A stretch of 64,000 nucleotides of DNA, from positions 45,372 to 109,371 of the forward strand of contig CALUGW010000003.1 of assembly GCA_944320305.1 (NCBI GenBank), in the 5' to 3' direction. How positions within the stretch are numbered: position 1 is the stretch's first letter; each line of letters starts with the position of its first letter. The stretch is from an uncultured Prevotella sp. (GTDB lineage Bacteria; Bacteroidota; Bacteroidia; Bacteroidales; Bacteroidaceae). Position numbers and translations under genes: made by a program. A model generated the notes under the pieces. That model was not told where the DNA came from. It saw nothing but the letters and a program-made list of their open reading frames with translations, and ran no database searches. Positions 40,001 to 49,379 of the stretch are shown here, in pieces.

Positions 40001-41122
40001 CCACGACGATGGCACTCCAAAAGGCAACTGTTCCTCGGTGGAGAGAATAGCTCCCTCGGTGCCGAACGACCGCACCTGGTGAACCATGTAGAAATCAACG
40101 ATGTCGCGGTAAGGGAGCGATGCGCCGACAATCGGCAGCAGGCTGTCAGCAAGCTGTGACGCCTGCCAGGTGTCAAGCTGCGGATAATCGAAAGGAACAT
40201 CCATGAACGTCGGGCCGCCGCTGTATTCGCTCTGTGGTATTGAGTATGGATTGAGCGTTCCGTCGCAGTCGCGGTCCTGCAGGTTGTCTTCCGCATAGAT
40301 GTGGAAGTCTGAATTTGCCCTGGTGAAGGCGTTGCCGCCTCCCGACGGGCCGTTGATGAACAGATTGTTGGTGGCGTTTACATACGATGAGCCTTGCGAG
40401 TCGCCGCCCATGAGGTAGGCGCCGTCGCTCCAGTTGTACACAATGTTGTTGACATACTGCTGCTTTCCCTTCACCTTGTTGTTGCGGGTGGCGTTGTCGC
40501 AGTAGAGGTTTCGGTAGAGGGTGATGTTGTCGGCCTGCATAAGCCCGCCCGCAGAGTGCGACAGGAGGCCCTGCCCCATGATGCAGTTTGATATTGTTAT
40601 GTTCTGCGGCGGTGTGCCTTTGCCGTCAGGATTGATTGAGAACGTCTCGTCAAGCCCCCATGAGAACGAGCAATGGTCGAAGATCATGTTGGCGCCGTTG
40701 GCGATTCCGGCGCAGTCTTTGCCTGAGTCGCCGCCCTTGCCCATGCGGAAACGCACGTGGCGGACGATGATATTGTCGGCTCCGGAGAACGACACCCCGT
40801 TGCCATAAACCACAATACCCTCGCCCGGAGCCGTCTGTCCGGCCACGTAGAGGTTGTTTTCAAAGACCAGCCGGCTCTCGATGTTGATGACTCCCGAGAC
40901 ATCAAAGACGATGATACGGTTGGGGCGGCTGATCGCATCGCGCAATGAGCCGGTGCCGCTGTCGTTAAGATTTGTGACGTGGTAGACCGTGCCGCCGCGT
41001 CCGCCGGTGGCATGGCGCCCCCAGCCCTGCGCCCCCGGGAATGCCAGTTGCTGCGCGCTTGCCGCCACGCTGCCGCCTGCAAGCAGCAGCCCGAGCAAAA
41101 TGTTAGTTGTTTTGGTGTTCAT
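37016..41122 (-). CDS. Secreted pectate lyase (PL1-like) with Fn3, autotransporter-associated beta-strand repeats and T9SS-type C-terminus
   Basis: Signal peptide; FPGAQGWG..ATGGRGG.VYHVTNLNDSG.GSLR and FDHCSFSWGLDE; DTDGDGMPDAWE; K.GSG...LTG.N.Y.G.T repeats; C-terminal VYTLSG…GIYIIDGRKVVVK. Confidence 0.88.
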   Translation of the reverse strand: MNTKTTNILLGLLLAGGSVAASAQQLAFPGAQGWGRHATGGRGGTVYHVTNLNDSGTGSLRDAISRPNRIIVFDVSGVINIESRLVFENNLYVAGQTAPGEGIVVYGNGVSFSGADNIIVRHVRFRMGKGGDSGKDCAGIANGANMIFDHCSFSWGLDETFSINPDGKGTPPQNITISNCIMGQGLLSHSAGGLMQADNITLYRNLYCDNATRNNKVKGKQQYVNNIVYNWSDGAYLMGGDSQGSSYVNATNNLFINGPSGGGNAFTRANSDFHIYAEDNLQDRDCDGTLNPYSIPQSEYSGGPTFMDVPFDYPQLDTWQASQLADSLLPIVGASLPYRDIVDFYMVHQVRSFGTEGAILSTEEQLPFGVPSSWETADFDKPADTDGDGMPDAWEQANGTDPNTDDAMKIAANGYANIENYVNSLTQDNRPRFLRTPVNFALVESTPTSVTLSWFDFTEGEDGFVLSQKVGDEWVDTWEIDPETETVTIGKLTPATSYTLRLRAKKGDIASGAAELTVKTKPEPVEMVDCETFVGDENNWLIAPAADSTITLTEAISKEAVVVRSEADVLIAGAGSLSGAGSLNKTRSGRLTVETANSYTGQTVLHDGVFSFSSLKNGGEPSAIGASFEFAQNWVWDGGTWNYTGPSTSTNRSAMLYKDTEFCIEKASTVEMSGSIEGDGSVTVSGKGTLEPAAPSFFKYAGNTILKDGGTLNLTYVKQLTDKNVYLDQAQDGSKRLVMAGGNFSVENGNSLELAYCFPIEVREGTYSTFAINRNAYLKNELTGSGTLEYRIPYVREYIEGDWTKFYGTLVAQGNGSDKDGSQLLFNNGFQGIPNGRVVLKGNTRMVSWQTECAMRIGGLSGEAGTKVGSSSKQDTGAKMTWIVGGANTDETFNGVIDNKTDCDRRDAHTSIVKEGSGVWRLTGNNVYNGTTTVDYGTLVVNGVNSGTGAYTVNEGAVLAGQGTVGGDVTLKSGGVIQGGDTIVDSYLGLTLSRALNVESGAIVNVRADRVGSNTIYTGGTVTLAEGAILQVNGGNMEKAPYDKTEYHVFTSAALNVSGTFAEIQPAAPGEGQTWDTSELYTNGILRVVGGEANPDDGQDEEQDPVAQEYRRWDFTVWSEATQADLEADASRYVAAPWPAEGTETGWRRYEKDGGATDSEPLRDPYKVYWFGSMIKEPAALMANGDTIAETKGLLFNNVTALNNTVAVAIDYPSTSIGTYAGGSYLWLNGSGLQFTIPDVQPGQKIRMEVESHRNGSERGVKLSVNGQEFGSGVPDAKTGFEWTVPLNAGAGLVDVLVTTTAGCHIYVIEVGDPDVIPTGISSADSDCGARNGAVYTLSGVMVRQAGQPLDGLAKGIYIIDGRKVVVK

Positions 41123-41198
41123 AATATTTATTATTAAATGATGAATAGTCCTTTCCGGCTGCCCCTGACAACCGCTCTTGCACACTGTCCGGGCAGAG

Positions 41199-42110
41199 TC
41201 ATGCCCGCAGTGTGCCTATTATTTCCGCTACGGACCGGCAGCCGTGGGCGTCAAGCCAGTCGTTGATTCCGTCGCGCACCTTGACGGTGACTGCCGGATC
41301 CAGAAAGTTGGCCGTGCCAATCTCCACGGCTGTCGCGCCTGCCATAAGGAACTCAATGGCGTCGTGCGCGGTCATAATGCCTCCCAGGCCTATTACTGGT
41401 ATCCTCACGGCGCGGGCCACCTGCCACACCATCCGCAGCGCGACGGGCTTGACGGCGGGGCCGCTCAGGCCGCCGGTGCAGATGCTCAGCAGCGGGCGGC
41501 GGCGCTCAATGTCGATGGCCATGCCCATCAGCGTGTTGATGAGCGACACGCAGTCTGCTCCCTCAGCCTCGCAGGCACGGGCAATCTCGGCTATGTCGGT
41601 GACGTTTGGCGAGAGCTTCACAATGAGCGTCTTGCCGTAACGGCGGCGCACAGCCTTGACCACAGAGGCCGCCCCGGCGCACGTCACGCCAAAGGCCATG
41701 CCGCCGTCCTTGACGTTGGGGCACGAGATGTTAAGCTCGATGGCCGGTATGCGGTCGAGAGCGTCGATGCGGGCGGCGCACTCTGCATAGTCCTCTGGCG
41801 AGGAGCCGCTCACATTGACAATCATATTGGTGTCGATGTCCTTGATTTGCGGGTATATGTGCTCGCAGAAATAGTCCACGCCCTTGTTTTGCAGCCCCAC
41901 GCAGTTGAGCATCCCCGAAGCCGTCTCAGCCATGCGCGGATAGTCGTTTCCCTCGCGCGGACGGAGCGTGGTGCCCTTAACTATGATGCCGCCGAGACCG
42001 TCGAGCGGCACAAAATCGGCAAACTCGATGCCATAACCAAACGTGCCCGAAGCCGTCATCACCGGGTTCTTCAGGCTCATGTCTTTTATTCTTACACTCA
42101 GATCTGCCAT
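41199..42110 (-). CDS. pyrD: Dihydroorotate dehydrogenase B, catalytic subunit
   Basis: [27 protein letters not shown] and GGLSG motifs. Confidence 0.96.
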   Translation of the reverse strand: MADLSVRIKDMSLKNPVMTASGTFGYGIEFADFVPLDGLGGIIVKGTTLRPREGNDYPRMAETASGMLNCVGLQNKGVDYFCEHIYPQIKDIDTNMIVNVSGSSPEDYAECAARIDALDRIPAIELNISCPNVKDGGMAFGVTCAGAASVVKAVRRRYGKTLIVKLSPNVTDIAEIARACEAEGADCVSLINTLMGMAIDIERRRPLLSICTGGLSGPAVKPVALRMVWQVARAVRIPVIGLGGIMTAHDAIEFLMAGATAVEIGTANFLDPAVTVKVRDGINDWLDAHGCRSVAEIIGTLRA

Positions 42111-42874
42111 AACAATTTCTTGATATTAAATACCGGACCCTCCTTGCACACACACAAATTGCCCTCTGTGGTCTTTTCCACGCAACAGAGACAGGCTCCC
42201 AGCCCGCACGCCATCATGTTTTCCAGCGAGGCCTCGCAGTCGATGCCATGAGCCGAGGCATAGCGTGCCACGGCCACCATCATGGGCTTGGGACCGCAGG
42301 TCTGTACTCTGTCAAAGCTCTCGGAGGCCAGCACAGAGTGGTCGGTTACAAAGCCACGCTCGCCGGCAGAGCCGTCTTCGGTGGTGACAAACACACGGCC
42401 GTATCGGCCAAAGAGGTCAACCTCAAGCAGGTCGGAGGCACTGCGCGCCCCCAGCAGGAATGTTGGCTCGCATCCGGCGCGCCTCATTTCGGCCCCCATA
42501 TATAAAAGAGGTGCCACTCCTACGCCGCCGCCCACAAGCAGAACGCGCTCCGACGGTGAGACGGGCATGGTGAAGCCGTTGCCCAGCGGCAGCACGCAGT
42601 TAAGCCGGTCGCCGGCATGGAGCGAGGCCATTGCCCGCGTGCCGTCGCCTATGGCAGCCACAAGCAGCCACAGCTCGTTGGCGTCACGGTCAACAAAATT
42701 GATTGAAATGGGGCGGCGCAGAAACGTCGTTGGCGAATGGTCCACACGCACTTCTACAAACTGGCCCGGCTGCATCAGAGGCAACGCGGTGTCTGCCGTG
42801 AGCCTCAGCAGCACGTGCTTGTCACTGACACGCTCCACAGCCCTTACTGTCAGGTCTAAAACATATTTCTTCAT
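42098..42874 (-). CDS. pyrK: Dihydroorotate dehydrogenase electron transfer subunit
   Basis: [25 protein letters not shown] and [11 protein letters not shown] motifs. Confidence 0.94.
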   Translation of the reverse strand: MKKYVLDLTVRAVERVSDKHVLLRLTADTALPLMQPGQFVEVRVDHSPTTFLRRPISINFVDRDANELWLLVAAIGDGTRAMASLHAGDRLNCVLPLGNGFTMPVSPSERVLLVGGGVGVAPLLYMGAEMRRAGCEPTFLLGARSASDLLEVDLFGRYGRVFVTTEDGSAGERGFVTDHSVLASESFDRVQTCGPKPMMVAVARYASAHGIDCEASLENMMACGLGACLCCVEKTTEGNLCVCKEGPVFNIKKLLWQI

Positions 42875-43275
42875 AATGTATTCCACAATGCCGGCAACTG
42901 TCGCTCCGGCTTGGTTCTTAACTCAGCAAGCCTGCCGCACGGCGGTGTCAAGCGCAGAAATTGCGCAATACCTCCAGCCGGCAAGCCAGATATATCTCTT
43001 ACGTTTACAAAGATACGGAATTTTAAATACACGGCAATAACGATTGCCACGAATTTTACCCCAAACCGAATATTAGGGCACATCAGAACGCACAAGCCTG
43101 AACACGAATACGGAAACACGCCAATACTCAGGCACGCGCGGCCAAAGGAAAACTATCCGCGCATATGTGCAATCAGTCCGAATGCAGCACTCATCAAGTC
43201 AAAATCCGGCACAACGATGGCATGGAGAACACAATAGACAACTCACGCCCACCACACGACAGACCAGCGGGCGCG

Positions 43276-43767
43276 TCACTTCTTGGAAGGAACGAACGTC
43301 TCGTAAGTCAAATCATCATAATAAACCCTTATCTCCACAACCCTGCGGGCAGGTTTTTCAACATATTTTATCTCTTCGCGGATTATCTCGTGCGTGGCAT
43401 TAGGAGCCATACCGCCATGCCCGCCGGCAGCAAACAGGTCGCGGCCGGAGTCAATGGGAGTGGGGGTGGAGGCCATATCGCCCGCCCCAAAGTCAAGAGT
43501 CGGCTCCGGGCTTGTGCCGTCATGTCCGCCGCCCGTGCCGCCTGCACTATCGGCACCGCCGCCGTACATATCCCCGGTGCCGAAGATTAGCCAATCAATG
43601 TTAATGTCGGGAAGCTTCTTTTTTATGGCCTCAACAATATTCAGAGTAGGCTTTGTGCGTCCGTTGAATATGCTGCTGAGCGACGCAGGCGACATATCGA
43701 GGAACTGTGCGAACACCTGTTGGGTCATGTGTTTTGACTCCATAATCTGTCTGATTCTGTCCTTCAT
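43276..43767 (-). CDS. XRE-family helix-turn-helix transcriptional regulator
   Basis: N-terminal HTH (TQQVFAQFLDMSPASLSSIFNGRTKP…WLIFGTG), low-complexity linker, short C-terminal EIRVYYDD motif. Confidence 0.85.
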   Translation of the reverse strand: MKDRIRQIMESKHMTQQVFAQFLDMSPASLSSIFNGRTKPTLNIVEAIKKKLPDINIDWLIFGTGDMYGGGADSAGGTGGGHDGTSPEPTLDFGAGDMASTPTPIDSGRDLFAAGGHGGMAPNATHEIIREEIKYVEKPARRVVEIRVYYDDLTYETFVPSKK

Positions 43768-44515
43768 ATTGCTGTCAAGATGATTTTAGGCCCTGATTGG
43801 GCTTTTTTCTTTGCGTTTACAAAGGTAAAACATTTTTCCGTCATACACAACAAATGTAGAGGAATATTTTATTTCAAAGATTTGTATTTGTGTTTCTGAA
43901 TTTACATCACAAAAACACTACAGGGCGATTTTATAGCGTTTACAAATACAAATGTAAAGCAGTGCTTTGTTAAACGGCAAAAACCTTTGCTAAAGCAGAT
44001 TTTACCAACAAACTGACTGTAACTAAGATATTTACATACACGAATGCCTTTATACAATGTTTATGCAAGCATTTTCATCGCATTCCGCCCATATTGCACG
44101 TAATAAAGTTTAATACAAATGCGTAATAAGTTGATAAAGACGTTATTATGAGATACAAAATATGTTGCATAATAATGTATTCGGGATTCAAAACTCACAA
44201 TGTTATTTTACAAATCAATACTTTTATTTCATGAATAACAACCTGCTTGCTTTTGTATATTGTAAATATTGAACTATCACCAATACGGAAATGTGTCGGT
44301 TTTAAATTCTAAATTCACAATCACAAAGCAAAAAGAATGCTAACACTAAATTCCATCGGGCCGAAGAAACGGATTTTATCCATTTTCGAAGAATTCCGAA
44401 CCATCGGACGAAAATTTAAAAATACGCGGATTCTGGAGTATTAAAATTGAGCGTAACTCGCTGTTTTTCCGAAACTTGAGGTCAAAAAACACACTCCGCC
44501 GAGACGCTTGTTCTA
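43768..44515. other. Long AT-rich non-coding region with repeated TTTACA/TGTAAA-type motifs
   Basis: No ORF of 60 aa or more; visibly much lower GC than its flanks; several short inverted and direct repeats. Confidence 0.7.
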
Positions 44516-44546
44516 GAAAAAAACAGGGCTTTTTCAGCCCTGTTTT
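44516..44546 (-). terminator. holA terminator
   Basis: AAAACAGGGCT / AGCCCTGTTTT stem with a T-run on the minus strand, right at the holA stop. Confidence 0.75.
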
Positions 44547-45571
44547 CAGTGAAGTGTGAAATAAATTAACTCTTTCATAAGCTCTCCAGGGGGGGTATTT
44601 GGGTTGTCAAGCCCCTTACTTTTGGCGTCAATCTCCCTAATTTTGGAAATTATCTGCAACACTTTCACGCCTTTGTAGTTTCTCATTCCTGTGATGTAAT
44701 CCTTCACGGCCCACTGCGATTTCAGCTCAAGCCACTTGGCGAGAGCGTCCGAACTGCCCTTCTGCGGGCAGTAGTAAGCGATCATCAAATTCTGAAAATA
44801 ATTAAAAAGCATGGGCAGAAAGCTGTAGATGTTGCCCGCCTTTGGATTCTCGTCAAAGTACTTTATTATCTGGTTTGCCTTGAACACATTCTTGTTTACG
44901 ATGGCATCCCGAAGCTCAAAGGCGTTGAAGTCCTTGCTCACCCCTATCTGCTGCTCCACTACCGCGGGCGTAACGCGCCTGTCGCTGTCAGGCAGCGCAA
45001 GCAGAAGTTTGTCCAGCTCACCCACGAGCCGGCTCAGGTCGGCTCCGATGTGGTCTGCTATTATCTGTTGCGACTTGGGATCTGCCGACGCCCCCTTGGC
45101 CCTGAGGTAATTCTCGATGAACGCAGGCAGGTCGCGCTCGCGCAGCTTTTTGCTCTCAAAGAGCACCCCCACCCGGTCTATTGTGGCGGCAAGGCGCTTC
45201 CGCTTGTCTATCGACCCGTTTTTGTGGCACATCACGAGAACTGTCGACTTGAGCGGCTTCTGCAGGTAAAAGTCAAGCGCCTCGGTGTTCTTCAGGTTCT
45301 GCGCCTCCTTCACTATGACCACCTGGTGCTCCGACATCATGGGGTACCGTTTTGCCACATCCACGACCTGCGCCGCTGAAACTTCAGAGCCGAAGAGCAC
45401 GGTCTGGTTGAAGTCGCGCTCCTCGGGAGCCAGAACGTTTTCCGCGATGTAGTCGCAGATTTTGTCAATATAATAAGGTTCGTCGCCCATGAGATAGTAA
45501 ACCGGGGCAAACTTGCGCGCCTGCAAATCGCGCATTATGCCGGCGTAGGTTGTATTTTTGGTCTCCGCCAT
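44546..45571 (-). CDS. holA: DNA polymerase III subunit delta
   Basis: VYYLMGDEPYYID, ERDFNQTVLFG, PMMSEHQVVIVKEAQ and SKDFNAFEL motifs. Start placed at MAETK. Confidence 0.92.
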   Translation of the reverse strand: MAETKNTTYAGIMRDLQARKFAPVYYLMGDEPYYIDKICDYIAENVLAPEERDFNQTVLFGSEVSAAQVVDVAKRYPMMSEHQVVIVKEAQNLKNTEALDFYLQKPLKSTVLVMCHKNGSIDKRKRLAATIDRVGVLFESKKLRERDLPAFIENYLRAKGASADPKSQQIIADHIGADLSRLVGELDKLLLALPDSDRRVTPAVVEQQIGVSKDFNAFELRDAIVNKNVFKANQIIKYFDENPKAGNIYSFLPMLFNYFQNLMIAYYCPQKGSSDALAKWLELKSQWAVKDYITGMRNYKGVKVLQIISKIREIDAKSKGLDNPNTPPGELMKELIYFTLH

Positions 45572-45823
45572 TGCTTTTTTACTGTTTAATTTATTAATTT
45601 TGCAAGCCGCCGGGCATCGGCGCACGGTGCGGCGCCAATCCGCCTGCGGCCCAACACCGCTGCCGGTTGGCCTCGGCGTGTTGCGAAGATAGCGCAAACG
45701 AGAGGAAATAGAACATATTCTCTGTTTTCCGATTGCGGCTTATCCCCATGCAAAGATACGCCAAAATATCTGGCAAAAGAAACGCGGCAACAGATTTATT
45801 CACCGCCAGAGGCAACAAAACAC

Positions 45824-46276
45824 ATGATGTACGAGCTTAACCTTCCGCCTTTCGACATCAAGCTCAGCACCCGGGCCGGCCGGCCAATGGTGCTCGACAA
45901 TCTGCGCCGCAAATACGTGGCGCTCACTCCGGAGGAGTGGGTGCGCCAGCATTTCGTGCATTTTCTTACCGGCCACAAGGGCTACCCCAAGGCCTACTTA
46001 GCCAACGAGGTTGAGCTGAAAGTGGGCGACAAGCGGCTCAGGTGCGACAGCGTATTATATAATAATGTGTTGCGCCCGCGCATGATCATCGAATACAAGG
46101 CGCCGACGGTGAAGATAAGACAGGCCGTATTCGACCAGATCACGGCCTACAACTTCCTCCTCAAGGTTGACTATCTCGTTGTCAGCAACGGACTGCAGCA
46201 CTTCTGCTGCAAGATGGACTACTCCGGCAACCGCTATATCTTCCTCGACGGCATTCCCGACTACAGCGACCTGTGA
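45824..46276 (+). CDS. Stand-alone HsdR N-terminal-like domain protein
   Basis: LRRKYVALTPEEWVRQHF, RCDSV, IEYKAP and Q...YN motifs (PD-(D/E)XK-like); divergent from holA. Confidence 0.85.
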   Translation: MMYELNLPPFDIKLSTRAGRPMVLDNLRRKYVALTPEEWVRQHFVHFLTGHKGYPKAYLANEVELKVGDKRLRCDSVLYNNVLRPRMIIEYKAPTVKIRQAVFDQITAYNFLLKVDYLVVSNGLQHFCCKMDYSGNRYIFLDGIPDYSDL

Positions 46277-46582
46277 CATTTTGTCAGCTCCTCCGCACAC
46301 CCATCACACACAAACAAAGCCGCAGCCAGCTTTTTCCCACTTCCTTGAAACAGCTGAAACAAATTGCCTGACAGGCACAAATTAACGTAAAACTCTGAAA
46401 AACAAAACATTTGCACCACCAGCCCCACCCGCTCACCGCAACTCCTCAGCCATCCGGGAGACAGCAGACTGCCACACTGCCACATTGTCTTGACGTAGGT
46501 CAACGCCTTTGATTTAAGTCAAAAATCAGGCCGTGAACCGTCAAAAAACGCCCCATTGTGCCCGCGCACAGCCCAAAGGCAT

Positions 46583-46592
46583 TAACTTTGCA
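46583..46592 (+). promoter_or_regulatory. -7 promoter element for the small ORF
   Basis: TAACTTTGCA about 105 nt upstream of the ATG at 46696. Confidence 0.7.
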
Positions 46593-46695
46593 CTGTCAAA
46601 TAACGAAATTCAGGATAACGGATGTGAAGCTGCATCCAACACACGAGAGAACAAAAAAGATTGTAAAACGAAAAAGAAAAGAAAGGGTAACAATT

Positions 46696-46800
46696 ATGAA
46701 AAGGATGATTAAGAAGATCGCAACAAGCAGAAAGTTCAACAACTATTGCGACAACATGCTGAAAATGTACAGCTACGGCAGAATCAACATGCCGGCATAA
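46696..46800 (+). CDS. Small basic protein (34 aa)
   Basis: MKRMIKKIATSRKFNNYCDNMLKMYSYGRINMPA, with an A-rich leader, its own promoter and its own terminator. Confidence 0.65.
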   Translation: MKRMIKKIATSRKFNNYCDNMLKMYSYGRINMPA

Positions 46801-46836
46801 GCCCTCAGACAGGGCCGTCCGGCTCAGCAATACAAG

Positions 46837-46878
46837 AAGGGGTGGACACCGCACTCGGTCGGTGTCCACTCTTTTTTT
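46837..46878 (+). terminator. Intrinsic terminator after the small ORF
   Basis: GGGTGGACACCG / CGGTGTCCACTC stem followed by T7. Confidence 0.85.
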
Positions 46879-47020
46879 GTGCGTCCGGCATCCTAAAAGC
46901 CGCCCGTATTCTTTGCCATACGGCCTTTTTTGGCTAACTTTGTAGCGTGCGAGACAATGCGCACAACACTTTTCATAAGAACAAACAAATCACAAGACAA
47001 CAACAAAAAGACAGCACCCC

Positions 47021-47929
47021 ATGACCCGAAAGACCCTGAAAGCGCTCCTGCTGACCGCACTGGCCTTTGTCACAACATCCGCCTGCGACTTCAACACAGA
47101 CAAGCTGAAGCAGGCCGTAGGCCAGAAAGTGGAGGAGAAACTCACCGACTACGCCTCGCAGGCCATCGACCGGCTCGCCCAGGAGGCAGGACTCGACATT
47201 CAGGCCGAGGCCGACGGCAAGGCAGCAGCCGCCGTCGAAGCCCCCGCCGGGGTTGAGATTCCAGCCCCGCTCACCGACCGCAAGGAGCAGATACTGCGCC
47301 GCACGGCCTACACCGCGTCGTACAACAGCGACACGCGCCTGCCCAACTGGGTGGCGTGGCAGCTCACGGCAGAGCACACCTCCGGCCCCCACAAGCGCGG
47401 CGGCATAGACTTCGCCGAGGATGAGGATGTGCCGGAGCCGCGCGCCACCGACTGGGACTACTACCGCTCGGGCTACGACCGGGGCCACCTCTGCCCCTCA
47501 GCCGACAACAAGTGGAGCGAGGCGGCGCAGCGCGAGTCGTTCCTCTTCACCAACATCTGCCCGCAAAACCACTCGCTCAACGCCGGCGACTGGAACGAAA
47601 TGGAGCAGCAGTGCCGCCGCTGGGCCAAGGAGCTTGGCTCAATCTACATCGTCAGCGGCCCGATACTCTACAAAAGTAAGCACAAAACCATAGGCAAGAA
47701 CAAGGTGGTGGTGCCGGAGGCGTTCTTCAAGGTGGTGCTCTGCACCGAGGGCGAGCCAAAGGCCATAGGCTTCATCTACAAGAACCAGCCCGGCAACCGC
47801 CCCAAGGGTGACTACGTGAACAGCGTGGACGAGGTGGAACGCATCACTGGCATCGACTTCTTCCCCGCCCTGCCCGACGACGTGGAGAGCCGCGTCGAGG
47901 CGTCGGCCGACATCGCCGACTGGCTCTAA
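47021..47929 (+). CDS. DNA/RNA non-specific endonuclease (NucA/EndA family), lipoprotein
   Basis: Lipobox TSAC; PNWVAW, YDRGHLCPSAD, NICPQ..SLN.G.W and VPEAFFKV motifs. Confidence 0.93.
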   Translation: MTRKTLKALLLTALAFVTTSACDFNTDKLKQAVGQKVEEKLTDYASQAIDRLAQEAGLDIQAEADGKAAAAVEAPAGVEIPAPLTDRKEQILRRTAYTASYNSDTRLPNWVAWQLTAEHTSGPHKRGGIDFAEDEDVPEPRATDWDYYRSGYDRGHLCPSADNKWSEAAQRESFLFTNICPQNHSLNAGDWNEMEQQCRRWAKELGSIYIVSGPILYKSKHKTIGKNKVVVPEAFFKVVLCTEGEPKAIGFIYKNQPGNRPKGDYVNSVDEVERITGIDFFPALPDDVESRVEASADIADWL

Positions 47930-47969
47930 AAAACGCTTTATAGCTGCAAAAAACACATTTTCCCAACAA

Positions 47970-48008
47970 CAAACCGCGCCGTTTGAACTTGCCAAACGGC
48001 GCGGTTTG
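47970..48008. terminator. Hairpin/terminator between convergent genes
   Basis: Perfect 16-bp arms CAAACCGCGCCGTTTG / CAAACGGCGCGGTTTG. Confidence 0.65.
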
Positions 48009-48242
48009 TCTTCCGCCAAAGGCTTTGTAACGAAATGTTACCGTCTTAACCAAAATCGGTCATTAGACCGCCAAGCCAACATTTTCACTTGATTGCTGGC
48101 TCTTCAGCCGTATTCCGCACTGCTGCCGCCATCTTGCTTTCCGGTTTTTCTCGATGTAGCCCGCTACATCTTCGATAAAACCGAAAATCAATCTGCCTGC
48201 CAGCAGCACGAAATCCAACTGAAGTATAATGGCCGATTTGGA

Positions 48243-49364
48243 TTAAAGCCTTTCCTTAAGAATCTCTTCCACCTCCTCTGCCGTAGGGTCGATGGCCAGT
48301 ATCGTGCCGTCGCGGTCAACAAGAAACTTGTTTCCGCCGCCACGAATGCCGTAAAGGTTCCACAGCCCGGCGCGGTCTTTAAGCTCAATGAGGTTAAGCC
48401 ATGGGTACTTGTCGCGCCCCACGGCCTTGCGCATGGCCTCCGCGTCGCGCTCGCGGGCCACGCCTACGACGGTGAAGCCGCGGTCCTTATACTTCTCGTA
48501 CACGGGGATGATGCTGCGCGATAGCCTGCGGCACGGCCCGCACCAGCTTGCCCAGAAGTCTATCAGTGCCACCTTGCCCCCGATTTCCGCCGATAGCGTG
48601 TGGTCGGTGCCGCCGAGGTCGGGCGCGGTAAAGTCAATATAGTGCGCCCCTTCCTTCATTCCCCGCGAGGCGCGCCACGCCTTCATGTATTCCGCGAGGT
48701 GGAAATTGGGGAGACACCCAGCATACACCTCATCGTAGATGGCCATCAGTTTGCGCGTGATCACACTGTCTTCGTAAAACCGCTCTGCCATGTCGAAAAG
48801 CAAGAATAGACCCACCTGTCCGGGATTGTCGCGCATATAACCGAACAAGAAAGCCTTTACCAGCCCGTTGACCGAATCGTTCAAGGCATCGCACTCCCTG
48901 CGCTCGGCCTCTGTAAGGTGCTCATAGTCAGCAAAGCGGGCAAACTGTGCCTTGTATGAGATGTAAATGCTGTCGGCCACCCCGTTCACCCGCTGCAACT
49001 CTTTGTTCAGCGGCGATGGCGAACTCCACACCGGCGATGCGTCGGGAACGAACTTGACGCGCACCGTGTCGCCGTCGGCAAAGAACTCAACAGCCCTGCC
49101 TATCCAGTCCTTGTTATACGCGCACACATCGTAAACAACAGCCCCCTCCGTGCGTATGTCGTAAGAAAAGCGCCCGTTGGCAAAGGGGATGGTGTCATTG
49201 TAGATGTAGCTGTTATTTTGGTCTGCCTTTCTCACCCTTATCACCCTCACCGCCGTGTCGGCCACTTCGCCCTCCACGTGGGTGCAAATGCCGCCATTTT
49301 GGGCGGCCACTGTAGCTGCCAGCGACAGCGCACAGGCAGCCGCCATCAATCGCATTGCATTCAT
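48243..49364 (-). CDS. TlpA-family disulfide reductase (paralog 1)
   Basis: Signal peptide; DFTAPDL..; DFWASWCGPC; KYKDRGFTVVGV. Confidence 0.9.
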   Translation of the reverse strand: MNAMRLMAAACALSLAATVAAQNGGICTHVEGEVADTAVRVIRVRKADQNNSYIYNDTIPFANGRFSYDIRTEGAVVYDVCAYNKDWIGRAVEFFADGDTVRVKFVPDASPVWSSPSPLNKELQRVNGVADSIYISYKAQFARFADYEHLTEAERRECDALNDSVNGLVKAFLFGYMRDNPGQVGLFLLFDMAERFYEDSVITRKLMAIYDEVYAGCLPNFHLAEYMKAWRASRGMKEGAHYIDFTAPDLGGTDHTLSAEIGGKVALIDFWASWCGPCRRLSRSIIPVYEKYKDRGFTVVGVARERDAEAMRKAVGRDKYPWLNLIELKDRAGLWNLYGIRGGGNKFLVDRDGTILAIDPTAEEVEEILKERL

Positions 49365-49379
49365 TTGCTTTCTTTTGTG

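Noticed and set aside
44588-44594. G7 tract in holA as a phase-variation site
   Set aside because: It is short, encodes a plausible Thr-Pro-Pro stretch near the C-terminus of an essential gene, and the frame is intact.
45824-46276. HsdR N-terminal domain as part of a Type I R-M system
   Set aside because: It is only 150 aa with no helicase, hsdM or hsdS nearby. This stand-alone gene beside holA is a usual Bacteroidetes arrangement.
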